Source: a virus
Lineage: Duplodnaviria; Caudoviricetes
Strand: one strand, 5' to 3'
IMG/VR virus record: IMGVR_UViG_3300009502_000072
Location: 1 to 48,655 of that record
DNA: 48,655 nucleotides
Shown here: piece by piece, positions 25,575 to 34,729 of the stretch
Position numbering within the stretch: position 1 is the first letter of the stretch
How the letters are laid out: each line of letters starts with the position of its first letter
Notes under the pieces: generated by a model
What the model was told of the DNA's origin: nothing
Databases searched by the model: none
What the model saw: the letters and a program-made list of their open reading frames with translations, nothing else
Program-made: the position numbers and the translations under genes

Positions 25575-25655
25575 CCTCTGCCAGTGAATAACTGGGAACC
25601 TCTTTGTTGTTGGCACCTCGGAAAGACGGGGACTTGTTTAAACTAGGAGGCTGAT

Positions 25656-25880
25656 ATGGACTTGTATTTGATGTGGGTCGCTGGCATGGGCAGACCGAAA
25701 AAAATCCATGAAACAATCGAAGGTGCCAGAGAAGCTGCCAAAGCTTATAAAAGCGGGGGCGGTACTCGTGAGTGCCACATCTTTAAATCCGTTGAGGTTA
25801 TCGAAGGAAGAAAATTGCTTTCTCTTAAACGTCGAACTAATGGTGAGGTTGAACCAAAGGTTGACGATACGCATAAGTAG
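25656..25880 (+). CDS. Hypothetical protein
   Basis: Strong SD AGGAGG. Confidence 0.65.
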   Translation: MDLYLMWVAGMGRPKKIHETIEGAREAAKAYKSGGGTRECHIFKSVEVIEGRKLLSLKRRTNGEVEPKVDDTHK

Positions 25881-25889
25881 CAGTAAGAT
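25861..25889 (+). promoter_or_regulatory. Sigma70-type promoter
   Basis: TTGACG-17 bp-TAAGAT. Confidence 0.7.
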
Positions 25890-25913
25890 TTAATTGTTGG
25901 CGCCTACCCAATG

Positions 25914-25985
25914 AAATCCGTTTAGTTCTGTACCTTGCCCCGAAAGGGGGTAGACCAAGATGCAGACCTAAGCGGATTTTTTTTT
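25914..25985 (+). terminator. Long hairpin with U9 tail (leader terminator or small RNA 3' end)
   Basis: AAATCCGTTTAGTTCTGTACCTTG pairs imperfectly with CAAGATGCAGACCTAAGCGGATTT; inner CCCC-GAAA-GGGG; T-tract. Confidence 0.7.
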
Positions 25986-26384
25986 GGCAATGCCAGCCGT
26001 CAGGGCGCGTTAGCTGATAGGGTTTCCACCCGTACCCAAGACAGGAAAACAATCCGGTGTGACCCGCACCCCCAAGTACCGAAAGGGAACAGGATATAGA
26101 CAGGGATGCTAACTACATCCAGTACCAATACTCTGGGCAGTGCTGAAATGCACCTAACGTAGACATGACCGTTGGTCTACGGGATTCGGGGGTGGGCGGA
26201 ATGACTCTCCGTAAGGCTTGCAGCCAGAGTTCTGTCGTAAAGGATTGCACTCGCCCCAACCTTCCGGTGGGTGGGTGTAAGGGTAGGGGTATTTCGACTA
26301 CCGAAAGCTTATAGGTAGTCGCTATCAGTAGCGTTTGATCGATAGCAATTGAAGGGATTTACTTACATAGTACGGAGGCTTAAT

Positions 26385-26597
26385 ATGAAAGTTACAGGCA
26401 ATAGAAACCAGTGTCGTGGATGTGGTGAATACTTCAACTCCAACGGCGCGTTCGACCATCACCGGATCGGTCAGTACTCCCCCAAAGAACGGCGCTGCAT
26501 GACCGTTGATGAAATGCTCGCCGATGGCATGAGCAAGAACGATGGGGGGTTCTGGATCGTGACCAAGATGGACACCGACAGATTCGCGAAGGAATAG
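26385..26597 (+). CDS. FDXHR-type putative zinc-binding protein
   Basis: QCRGCGEYF...AFDHHRIG...RRC; SD GGAGG. Confidence 0.7.
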   Translation: MKVTGNRNQCRGCGEYFNSNGAFDHHRIGQYSPKERRCMTVDEMLADGMSKNDGGFWIVTKMDTDRFAKE

Positions 26598-26601
26598 CGT
26601 C

Positions 26602-26877
26602 ATGCCCTACACCAAATCCCCAAGACCCTACAAGAAAGAATGGAAACAGGAACAGGTGCGGGATGAAAAGCCTGCAAGGGCGGCAAGAGCAAGGGCGCGA
26701 TACGAATTCGACAAGGAGGGCATAGATCGAACAGGCAAGGACATTGATCATGCCCAGCCCTTATCGAAGGGGGGAACGAATGCGAAATCAAATCTTCGAC
26801 TGAAACCACCATCCAAGAACCGCAGCTTTAGTAGGAACCCAGACCACACGGTCAAGAAAAACACCCCCAAAAAATAA
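26602..26877 (+). CDS. Small HNH-like protein
   Basis: GKDIDH..PLSKGGTN..SNL......NRS. Confidence 0.75.
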   Translation: MPYTKSPRPYKKEWKQEQVRDEKPARAARARARYEFDKEGIDRTGKDIDHAQPLSKGGTNAKSNLRLKPPSKNRSFSRNPDHTVKKNTPKK

Positions 26878-26894
26878 CGCTCCGGAGGCTAACC

Positions 26895-28631
26895 ATGAGC
26901 AGTTATCTCGCCGAATCGCTTGGCGGTTTAAACATCCATAGCGGGATGCGAATCAAGTGTCCCTCCTGCTCGCCAGAGCGGGTCAAGAATCCCAATGAGA
27001 AGTCCCTCGTCTTTCACCACGGTGACAAAGGCTGGGTCTACTTTTGTCATCACTGCAATGAGGATGGAGTCGTGCCTTTCGACAATGCCCCGTTCATACC
27101 AACAAACAAAACATACCGCTCGGAGAAAACAATGGCTCAAGCACAGCCCGTAATGCCGCCCACACCGATGGACTTGCTGGGTGAACGGCACCTGCAGTTT
27201 CTTGAATCGCGTGGCATCACCCTTGAAACGGCGCAGGACTTGCGCCTGTTTGCCGCGACCAAGTTCTTCGCCAAGACCGGCGAGCGGATGGATTGCATCG
27301 GGTTCCCCTACTACCGTGATGACAAGATGGTCAGCGCCAAGTATCGGGCGCTGGACTCAAAGGATTTCACGCAGGAATCGGGTGGCGCTCACACCCTGTG
27401 GAACATCGACAGTGTCAAGCACAACCTGACGCTTCCTATGGTGATCGTGGAGGGCGAGATCGATGCATGCACAGGATTCCAGTGTGGCATCATCAATGTC
27501 GTCTCGGTGCCGTCCGGTGCGCCCCAGAAGGTCAATGATGGTCGAGTGGCACCCTCCGAGGACAAGAAGTTCAGCTTTATCTGGGATGCCCACGAGATCA
27601 TTGAACAGGTGCCGTATGTGATCATCGCCACCGACAATGACACCGCAGGTCAGGCGCTGGCAGAGGAGATCGCAAGACGCATTGGCAAGGACAAGTGCAG
27701 GCTGGCGAAGTCGAGCCGGTACAAGGATTTAAACGAGGCATACATGGATGGCGGCAAAGCCGCTGTTCTGGAGATCATCGATGGCGCTGAACCTTATCCC
27801 GTGGCAGGACTTTCTCAGGCAAGCAAGTTCACTGACCGCATCCAAGATCTATGGCACAAGGGAACGGGGAAGGGCGCGTCGACAGGGTATTCAAACGTCG
27901 ACAAGATTTACACGATTGCCCCCGGTCAGGTCAGCGTTATTACAGGCTATCCCTCTTCTGGCAAGTCAAATTTCGTCGACCAGATCATGGTCAATCTCGG
28001 CAGGACAGATGACTGGAAGTTCGCCATCTGCTCCTTCGAAAACCAGCCAGACATCCACATCAGCAGGCTGATGGAAATCTACACCGAACGACGCTTCTTC
28101 GATGGCACCGACCGGATGACCGACGCAGAGCGCGATGATGCGTTTAAATGGGTCGAGCAGCATTTTCTTTTCATGGACTCTGAGACGGTTGAGCCAGCCA
28201 CCATCGAATCAATCCTTGAACGCGCCAAGATCGCGGTCACGCGCATCGGCATACGGGGTCTGGTCATTGATCCCTACAACTACATTTCCAAGTCAGGCAA
28301 CGAGGCTGAACATGAGTTCATCAGCAACATCCTGACCCGTGTTCAGGCGTTTGCCAAAGCCTACGATGTTCATGTCTTTTTCATCGCCCACCCAGCCAAG
28401 ATCACACGCGCAGGCATGGACTTGCCGCGCCCCGATGGCATGGCAATCTCTGGTGGTATGGCGTGGTGGGCAAAGACCGACTGCGGCATCACGGTGCATC
28501 GCGGCGAGGGCAATCAGGTCGAGATCGCGGCATGGAAGATCCGCTACCGCTGGATCGGCACCCAAGGCGAGACCAAGCTTGAGTACCAGAAAACGACCGG
28601 AACCTACGTCGAAATGATGGACGACTTCTGA
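26895..28631 (+). CDS. Primase-helicase (Zn finger + TOPRIM + SF4 helicase; T7 gp4/Twinkle-like)
   Basis: CPSC...CHHC; IVEGEIDA; ATDNDTAG; Walker A GYPSSGKS; LVIDPYN; IAHP. Confidence 0.93.
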   Translation: MSSYLAESLGGLNIHSGMRIKCPSCSPERVKNPNEKSLVFHHGDKGWVYFCHHCNEDGVVPFDNAPFIPTNKTYRSEKTMAQAQPVMPPTPMDLLGERHLQFLESRGITLETAQDLRLFAATKFFAKTGERMDCIGFPYYRDDKMVSAKYRALDSKDFTQESGGAHTLWNIDSVKHNLTLPMVIVEGEIDACTGFQCGIINVVSVPSGAPQKVNDGRVAPSEDKKFSFIWDAHEIIEQVPYVIIATDNDTAGQALAEEIARRIGKDKCRLAKSSRYKDLNEAYMDGGKAAVLEIIDGAEPYPVAGLSQASKFTDRIQDLWHKGTGKGASTGYSNVDKIYTIAPGQVSVITGYPSSGKSNFVDQIMVNLGRTDDWKFAICSFENQPDIHISRLMEIYTERRFFDGTDRMTDAERDDAFKWVEQHFLFMDSETVEPATIESILERAKIAVTRIGIRGLVIDPYNYISKSGNEAEHEFISNILTRVQAFAKAYDVHVFFIAHPAKITRAGMDLPRPDGMAISGGMAWWAKTDCGITVHRGEGNQVEIAAWKIRYRWIGTQGETKLEYQKTTGTYVEMMDDF

Positions 28632-29125
28632 TGGACATCCTAACTGAGCGCGGCGCTGAAACGCTGCGCGATGAGGTCAGGGCAAAGGCAATATTTTTAG
28701 CGACCCATACAGCGTATTCATACATTGAAACGCCTAAAGACCAGCCAGCCTCGGTTGATGCGTTCCTTGTCAGGGACGGGATCATCCGAAGCGTGGTCGA
28801 GACCAAGTGCAGGTACGACTGTGATTACAATAAATTCAGCGCCCAGTACGAAAGTCAGTGGTTAGTGACCATGAACAAGATTGAACGCGCCAGAGCAATA
28901 GCGTTGGGCTTGTGTGTGCCTCTTGTTGGGTTCCTGTATCTCAGGCAGTCTGACTTGTTGCTCGTCCAGAGCATCACTGACCACAAGGGAATGTATGTCC
29001 CTGACATCACCATCAAACCAACTCGCACTCAAGCCACGGTCAATGGCGGTTCGATCATCCGGTCGAATGCCTACATCGACATGTCTGGCGCAAGAGCCTA
29101 TCAAATGTTTTCGGTCGAAGCGTAG
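28631..29125 (+). CDS. PD-(D/E)XK-fold nuclease
   Basis: VDA...VETKCR motif; translationally coupled to the helicase gene. Confidence 0.6.
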   Translation: MDILTERGAETLRDEVRAKAIFLATHTAYSYIETPKDQPASVDAFLVRDGIIRSVVETKCRYDCDYNKFSAQYESQWLVTMNKIERARAIALGLCVPLVGFLYLRQSDLLLVQSITDHKGMYVPDITIKPTRTQATVNGGSIIRSNAYIDMSGARAYQMFSVEA

Positions 29126-29292
29126 GCAGATTGACCGGAATAGAACTGGTGAGACAGTTTAGTGTCTCATCAGGTGAGCCACCGACCGACCGTTTAAACG
29201 CACATGCCAGACGCGACCCCTTGGCATGTCACCCAAAGCCCACGGCTACGACGCTGCTCGGGTTCAAATGTTTAAACGAACAATCGCTGGAC

Positions 29293-29328
29293 AAAAAAAA
29301 TCCCCCTGCACCGTGAGGTGGAGGGGGA
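29293..29328 (-). terminator. Intrinsic terminator of the leftward operon
   Basis: On the - strand: TCCCCCT-CCACC...GGTGC-AGGGGGA followed by T8. Confidence 0.75.
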
Positions 29329-29365
29329 GAACATAAGGAGACATACCGCAGCCAGAATACCAGAT

Positions 29366-29566
29366 TCAGGCAGCTTTGAGTTCCTCCATCGCGTACATGC
29401 ATTCGATCTTGAAAGCTTCGCGTTCCTCTCGGCGGCGCTGTTGCCGGTTGAGGATGCTGCGAAGGTGCTTGCCCTTCTCGCTATCGGCGGGGGGCATGCA
29501 GTGTTTGCACTTCATGCCGCCAACGCAAGGGCAGACGGAGTACTTCTTGTACAGTGACTTGCTCAT
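29366..29566 (-). CDS. Small Cys-rich hypothetical protein
   Basis: GGMKCKHC; SD GGAGG. Confidence 0.55.
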   Translation of the reverse strand: MSKSLYKKYSVCPCVGGMKCKHCMPPADSEKGKHLRSILNRQQRRREEREAFKIECMYAMEELKAA

Positions 29567-29660
29567 GATCAACCTCCGGTTGCGATGACAAAAGCCCAGT
29601 AAAACATCGCCGTGCCAACCACGACAACCGTGGCGGCGGCAATCCAGTCAGCAGGGGATT

Positions 29661-30047
29661 TCATTTGGCGTCCTCCGCGATTTTATCGATGACCCGTGCG
29701 CGGGTTTTGTTGATTATCCCCAGCACCTTGTCCGTTTCGATTGCCTGAAACAGGTCGGACGCATGACCGCCCAGCGCCGCGATGACGGGGTGCAGATATC
29801 TTCTGGCGATCTGCATGTCATGACCGTCCATCTGCAGGATGTCGACCACGGGGCCGGATGGTTCAACAACCCCCAGCTTGACCCAAGTGATAACGTCCAT
29901 CGAATCGGTGCTGATGCGGTCGGTATTGCCAAGACGGTTCTTGAAGATACCGGCGCGGCTGATGACCTCCAGCCGCACGTTGTTGCCGGTGTAGTAGATG
30001 ATGCTGGCGGTCGGAACCGCGACGACTCGTTTCTTGCTCATGATCAA
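29661..30047 (-). CDS. Hypothetical protein
   Basis: SD GGGAG, coupled overlap. Confidence 0.6.
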   Translation of the reverse strand: MIMSKKRVVAVPTASIIYYTGNNVRLEVISRAGIFKNRLGNTDRISTDSMDVITWVKLGVVEPSGPVVDILQMDGHDMQIARRYLHPVIAALGGHASDLFQAIETDKVLGIINKTRARVIDKIAEDAK

Positions 30048-30232
30048 TCTCCCAGATAGACGGCACGGGTTTGCTGGCGCTCACGCGCCCACTTGCGCTG
30101 CAGGCGCTCGCGCAGGTAGGTCGTAAACGGTTTGGTCGGGTAGCAATCTTTATTGATTGCGCGAACCTGCGTCTCGTCGTCGGGGTCAAGACCCAACTCG
30201 GCGAACAGGGATTCCTGTCGTTTGCTCAACAT
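30044..30232 (-). CDS. Hypothetical protein
   Basis: Start MLSKR after CGGAGG. Confidence 0.5.
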   Translation of the reverse strand: MLSKRQESLFAELGLDPDDETQVRAINKDCYPTKPFTTYLRERLQRKWARERQQTRAVYLGD

Positions 30233-30260
30233 GATGGATAGCCTCCGGAACTGGTGAGAG

Positions 30261-30545
30261 TTACTGCATTGGGGTTTCGATGGGAGGGAAGTCATCCTCG
30301 ACGGCGGTTTGCAATGCGCCGATCAGGAATGCAGCTTCCCCGTAATGACGTTTAAACGTCGAGCCGATGTAGCCAAGCAGCATGATCGGGTTTGTCTGGG
30401 TCGACGACCCGACCTGCGCCAGCACGGTGACCAGCGCGGGGATGATCGTATCGACCTCCCCGCCGTCGATCTTGGCGTTGATCAGCGCGACAAGGTCTTC
30501 ATAGACCTTGCGCTGCGCGTCAGTCGTCTTGGGTTTGTCTTCCAT
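30261..30545 (-). CDS. Hypothetical protein
   Basis: SD AAGGAG. Confidence 0.6.
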   Translation of the reverse strand: MEDKPKTTDAQRKVYEDLVALINAKIDGGEVDTIIPALVTVLAQVGSSTQTNPIMLLGYIGSTFKRHYGEAAFLIGALQTAVEDDFPPIETPMQ

Positions 30546-30546
30546 A

Positions 30547-31389
30547 TCAGCACTCCTTAATGCCTGCTAGAAGCTTGGTGAAGGCGACCGAACCGAGGTC
30601 GTCGACGTTTTGGACTGCGGCTGCATTGGTGAACGCCCTCTTGGCGTCATTGGTGCCGATGCCGATTGCCACGATTGTGATCTTCAGCTTGTCGGCGACC
30701 GTCTGCAGGTGCTGCATGTTGGTCATGTTGTACCCTTCTGCATCGGTCAGCAGGAATAGAATCCTGCGCCGTTCGGTGCGTTTTGACAACTCGTCGATGG
30801 CAAGGTACACCCCGCCAAAGTCGGGAGTTCCGCCGTTGGGAGTACCGCTGATCGCCCCCAACTTCAATGCTGCGGTGCGGCGCGTCTCGTGCCAGTCTTT
30901 GAACCTGTACAGGTTGACCTGCTCGGCATAGCTATGCTTCGACCAACTCCCGCCTGCAATGTCGCTGGCTGACGCGCCGCCTGCGATGAATTGCTCGGCA
31001 ACGCTGCGACCATCGAACCCGATGATCGCATACGGGGTGCCGGTCTTTTCGAAGATCGCCGACAGTTGATTGGCGACGACCGAGGCGATGCAGATCTTCC
31101 TGCCGCCATCGTAGCCCATCGAACCCGAGACATCGATCATGACCTCGACCGCCGCAGTGTCCGCTTCTTTGAACTCGCGGCGCGAGAACACGTTCGCCGA
31201 ACCGGCAACAAACTTCACGATTGCCCTGCGGTCGAAGCGACCGGAGTCTTCATTGTGCGAATGACCAATGTAGTCGATGGAGCGAAGCAGGCGGGTGATC
31301 GCGACCTTGACCGCCCCGATACGGGGGATGTTGATCGCGGCATGTTCACTGAACCGCTCTTCGCATTCTGCTCTGTCAAATGTAGGCAT
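30547..31389 (-). CDS. vWA-domain protein (CobT C-terminal-like)
   Basis: SGRFD; MIDAS motif DVSGSM; GGTPD; LTDA; VAIGI. Confidence 0.85.
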   Translation of the reverse strand: MPTFDRAECEERFSEHAAINIPRIGAVKVAITRLLRSIDYIGHSHNEDSGRFDRRAIVKFVAGSANVFSRREFKEADTAAVEVMIDVSGSMGYDGGRKICIASVVANQLSAIFEKTGTPYAIIGFDGRSVAEQFIAGGASASDIAGGSWSKHSYAEQVNLYRFKDWHETRRTAALKLGAISGTPNGGTPDFGGVYLAIDELSKRTERRRILFLLTDAEGYNMTNMQHLQTVADKLKITIVAIGIGTNDAKRAFTNAAAVQNVDDLGSVAFTKLLAGIKEC

Positions 31390-31398
31390 GATGCCCTC

Positions 31399-32571
31399 TC
31401 AGTTAAATTTGATTTCCACAATGGTCGGCTTTCCAACAGAAGGCAGACCGCGCAGGTTGCTGGGGGTTGGTGCTTTCTCTGCGATCTCGTTGCAGATGTA
31501 GTCGGCTGGGTCAGGCAGGCGGTCGACGACCATCTCGCGGGAACCGCTCCCCTTGCCAGCGCCGACTCCGGTCGCCTCGGACTCGTGATCCTCGACGCCT
31601 TCGCCTTCGCCATCGGTTGGCTCGCCATCGCCGTCAGAATCGCCGTCAGCGCCTTTGTCGCCCTCACCCTCACCTTCCCCTTCCCCGTCAGCGTTCGCGT
31701 CTCCAGCGCCCTCCTGATCGGTCTCAGAGGCATTGTCGTCGCCGCCCTCTCCGCCGCCAGCTTGGTCGTCAGGTTCGCCGTCCTGATCGCCGCCCGAATC
31801 ATCGCCCTGCTCGGGTTGCTGGTCGTCGGCTGGGTCTTCGCCGTCACTGCCTTCGCCGCCCTCGTCGCCCTGCTCGGGCGGTTTGGGCTGGGGCTGGGGA
31901 GGAACTGGTGAGGGATCATCCTTCTGCTGCTGCAGCGTTTCGAACAGCTTGATCGCCGCCGCCACAACGCCTGCGGTATTGGTCGCCGCTCGCGCCGTAT
32001 GCAGCGCCTCCCAGATCGCCGCCGCCCACGGCGACTGGTCGACAATGCACGGGACTTCAATCGTGTACCCGTTTAAACGCCGACCCTCAATTGCCAGCAT
32101 GAACGACAGGTTGGGCAGGTCGTCGGGTTCAACGCACCCGTGCTTGCGCAGCATGTTGTTCATGAGGGACTCAAGCAGCGCCTTGCTGTTCGGGGCGTAC
32201 CCCGATTCGATCACCTTGCGTTCGATGCGCGGATCTTCCAGCCCGTTGATCAGCGCCGACAGGTAAGTGCCGTGCTTGTACTTGGCTTGATCCCACGGCG
32301 AATTGTCGGTGAACCAGCAATGCCCCAGTTCATGCAGGCTGAAAGCGATCAGGTCGTTGAACATCGCTTTGCCGATCTCGGCAAGGTCGTTGGTCACGGG
32401 AAAGATGAAGGTCGCATCGACGGTCGTCAGACTAGCGCCCTGACGCTGAAAAGCCACGGCGGCGGTCGTACCCGTCCAGCGGAACTTCAGTTCGCCGAAC
32501 CTGTTGCCAGTGGCGCGGAAGACCCGCTCCAGCGTGGCTTCGACGCCACGCTTAACGAATAAGCCTTTCAT
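31399..32571 (-). CDS. CobT N-terminal-like putative metallopeptidase with acidic G/D/E tail
   Basis: HELGH...N.LED.RIE motif; low-complexity acidic linker. Confidence 0.8.
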   Translation of the reverse strand: MKGLFVKRGVEATLERVFRATGNRFGELKFRWTGTTAAVAFQRQGASLTTVDATFIFPVTNDLAEIGKAMFNDLIAFSLHELGHCWFTDNSPWDQAKYKHGTYLSALINGLEDPRIERKVIESGYAPNSKALLESLMNNMLRKHGCVEPDDLPNLSFMLAIEGRRLNGYTIEVPCIVDQSPWAAAIWEALHTARAATNTAGVVAAAIKLFETLQQQKDDPSPVPPQPQPKPPEQGDEGGEGSDGEDPADDQQPEQGDDSGGDQDGEPDDQAGGGEGGDDNASETDQEGAGDANADGEGEGEGEGDKGADGDSDGDGEPTDGEGEGVEDHESEATGVGAGKGSGSREMVVDRLPDPADYICNEIAEKAPTPSNLRGLPSVGKPTIVEIKFN

Positions 32572-32580
32572 AAAAACTCC

Positions 32581-34098
32581 TTAGTTGAGGTAGGCTTTAA
32601 GGTCATCCTGATCGATGGTCGCGGCAAACGCGCCCTCCAGTTCAGGAATGCACTCGGCGGGGTATGCCGACAGGATGGTCGTCTTAAACGCCAGCCCGAT
32701 GGGGAACCCCTTCTGGATTAACTCCGCCATTGTGAACAACTGGCGCAGGCTGGGCGGCTGGGTAAGCAGACCGGCACGAGCCTTCTCGCGAGCCACATTG
32801 GCGAAACCGCAGAGCATGCGAGCCGCCATGCCGTTTAGTCCGGTACGGTTGCTGATCAGGTCAGCCTCGTCGTCGACAGGCAGGTAATCGAACTCCAGCT
32901 TGATGCCGAACCGGTCGAGGAACGCGCTGTTATGCTCGCGCACCCCAGCGAAGTTGCCCGAGGCATCGCCGAACCCGTTCGAATTGTCAGCCGCGAAGAA
33001 GACGACATGGTCGGCGACCGCGATGCGGCGACCGGTCTCGGGAATGGTGATCGCCCGATGCACCGACCGCTCGCACAGGGCATGCAGGGCGGCAAGGTTT
33101 TGCGCACGAGCGAAACCCAGTTCATCCAGCAGGACGATTGCGCCGGGGGTTTGCACCGCACGGGTGATCACCCCTTCGCGCCAGTAGGCGGAACCGTTCG
33201 CCACACTGTCGGCACCGATGAACTCGGCGCGTTCAGCCGACTCATCGAAGTTGACCCGATACATCGGACGCCCGAGGTAGGCGGCGATCTGGGTCGCGAA
33301 CTCGGTCTTGCCGGTGCCGCGCTCGCCGTACAACCAGAGGTTGATCGGAAGCTTCTGCTCCAGCGCCAGCAGGGCGCAGTGCAGGTGCTGGGCGTTGAAG
33401 ACATAGTCGGTCAGGACTTCCGGCGCATCGGGATGATCCCAGAGCGTGATGTCCAAATTGCCAAAGTCGATCAGCGACCCTTCATCGGTGCGGTATCCCC
33501 ACGGACGGGGAAAGACATCCTTTACCTTGACGATCCGAACCGGCGGCAAGGCGGCGGCGATCTGCGCCAGCGCCTCGACCGTGGCGGTTTGTTTAAACGT
33601 CGAGAAAAGGTCGGCGGCGGCGACCCGCACCAGCGATTCGATCTTGTCATAGTCGACGCCCTTGATCTTGGCGACCTTCTGGTCGATCTCGTCGACAAGC
33701 TTGGTGAACTCGCCTTCGAAGTGTTCGCTGCGCAGGTCGATCTCGCTGACCTTGCCAGCGATGATCGTCTTGACCGCATCGATGCCTGCGACCTGTGCTT
33801 CAGCCGTCTTGACGGCGGCATCGGCACGTTCCAGCACCTCATTGACCTTCGCGGTCAGTTCGGACGGCACCTTCGCCGCGACAGGCGCTGCGGGGGCGGG
33901 AACTGGCAAGGAGGTGTTATACGCCAGCACGGTCGCGAGCGTGACCTGCCCAGCCGCGATCATCTCGGCGACCAGATTGGCTGCGACCAGCTTGACCTGC
34001 TGGGGTTCCTTACCGAACGCGACCAGCACTTCGTTTAACTTGTGTGCATTGCACATTTTCGCGAGTTCAAGCGCGATCTTGGTATCAGCGATTGCCAT
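32581..34098 (-). CDS. MoxR/CobS-type AAA+ ATPase
   Basis: Walker A GERGTGKT; Walker B LLDE; AADN; AFLDRF; SLR; coiled-coil N-terminus. Confidence 0.88.
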   Translation of the reverse strand: MAIADTKIALELAKMCNAHKLNEVLVAFGKEPQQVKLVAANLVAEMIAAGQVTLATVLAYNTSLPVPAPAAPVAAKVPSELTAKVNEVLERADAAVKTAEAQVAGIDAVKTIIAGKVSEIDLRSEHFEGEFTKLVDEIDQKVAKIKGVDYDKIESLVRVAAADLFSTFKQTATVEALAQIAAALPPVRIVKVKDVFPRPWGYRTDEGSLIDFGNLDITLWDHPDAPEVLTDYVFNAQHLHCALLALEQKLPINLWLYGERGTGKTEFATQIAAYLGRPMYRVNFDESAERAEFIGADSVANGSAYWREGVITRAVQTPGAIVLLDELGFARAQNLAALHALCERSVHRAITIPETGRRIAVADHVVFFAADNSNGFGDASGNFAGVREHNSAFLDRFGIKLEFDYLPVDDEADLISNRTGLNGMAARMLCGFANVAREKARAGLLTQPPSLRQLFTMAELIQKGFPIGLAFKTTILSAYPAECIPELEGAFAATIDQDDLKAYLN

Positions 34099-34107
34099 GA
34101 TTTCCTC

Positions 34108-34713
34108 TCAGGCGAGTTCAAAAAGTTCAACGGATTTGCTGGGATGACTGAAGATGTTGGTGCAGTCAGGCAGACCGATCTTCGCCCACTTGGCAGTCAG
34201 GCGGATGGTGTACCCGCAGGCAGGGCAGACCGCCTTGAGCATGCGCGTACCCTGCGGTTCGACTTTGGTCGCGACCTGCAGCCGCTCGTGCGGGTAAGCG
34301 CCGAACTGGCCGACAAGGTCAGACCACATGGCGCGGAAGTCGAACCCCATCGACGGTGCGGTCGGCTTGCCCTCAAGGCAGACCGCCTTCATGGCGGCGG
34401 GATAGCGACCCTTGTACCCATCGCCCTCGGTCGCGGCGTGGCACAACTGGGCGACGACGACCGCGAAGACCTGCAGCGGGTCATCCAGCACAGGGGAAAC
34501 GAACATCTGAACGGTGCCGTCAGCAGTGGCGGCAGACGACCAGCATTCGCCGACCGTCTGGCGGCGAGCGCGAGCGCGTTGGCTCGGGAACCCGCACGAG
34601 ACCTTGATCTTCTCGGGCAGGGGGAAGTTCAGCAGTTCGAAGACCGAACGGGTCTCCTCGACTACTGCGTTGAGCCAGTCTTCACGAGTGGCGTACAGAG
34701 GGGTAGTGGTCAT
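34108..34713 (-). CDS. SprT-like protein with degenerate zinc-protease motif
   Basis: TREDWL...SCGFP...GECW...SP.LDDP...RMLK..C..CGY..R...W...GLP.C family pattern; the HExxH position reads AQLCH. Confidence 0.7.
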   Translation of the reverse strand: MTTTPLYATREDWLNAVVEETRSVFELLNFPLPEKIKVSCGFPSQRARARRQTVGECWSSAATADGTVQMFVSPVLDDPLQVFAVVVAQLCHAATEGDGYKGRYPAAMKAVCLEGKPTAPSMGFDFRAMWSDLVGQFGAYPHERLQVATKVEPQGTRMLKAVCPACGYTIRLTAKWAKIGLPDCTNIFSHPSKSVELFELA

Positions 34714-34729
34714 GATTGACTCCAGTTGT

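Noticed and set aside
25230-26370. tRNA genes in the structured region
   Set aside because: No cloverleaf with a T-loop GTTCRA and matching acceptor stem found by eye; tRNAscan-SE would settle it
29146-29180. CTGATGA on the - strand followed by a hairpin, suggesting a second hammerhead
   Set aside because: No GAAA after the stem and no stem III; it is a simple inverted repeat
31560-31900. Repetitive TCGCC-rich DNA
   Set aside because: Explained by the Gly/Asp/Glu low-complexity tail of the CobT-like protein
30547-34098. cobS/cobT as cobalamin biosynthesis genes
   Set aside because: No cobN or other cob genes; MoxR-vWA pairs are general remodelling systems
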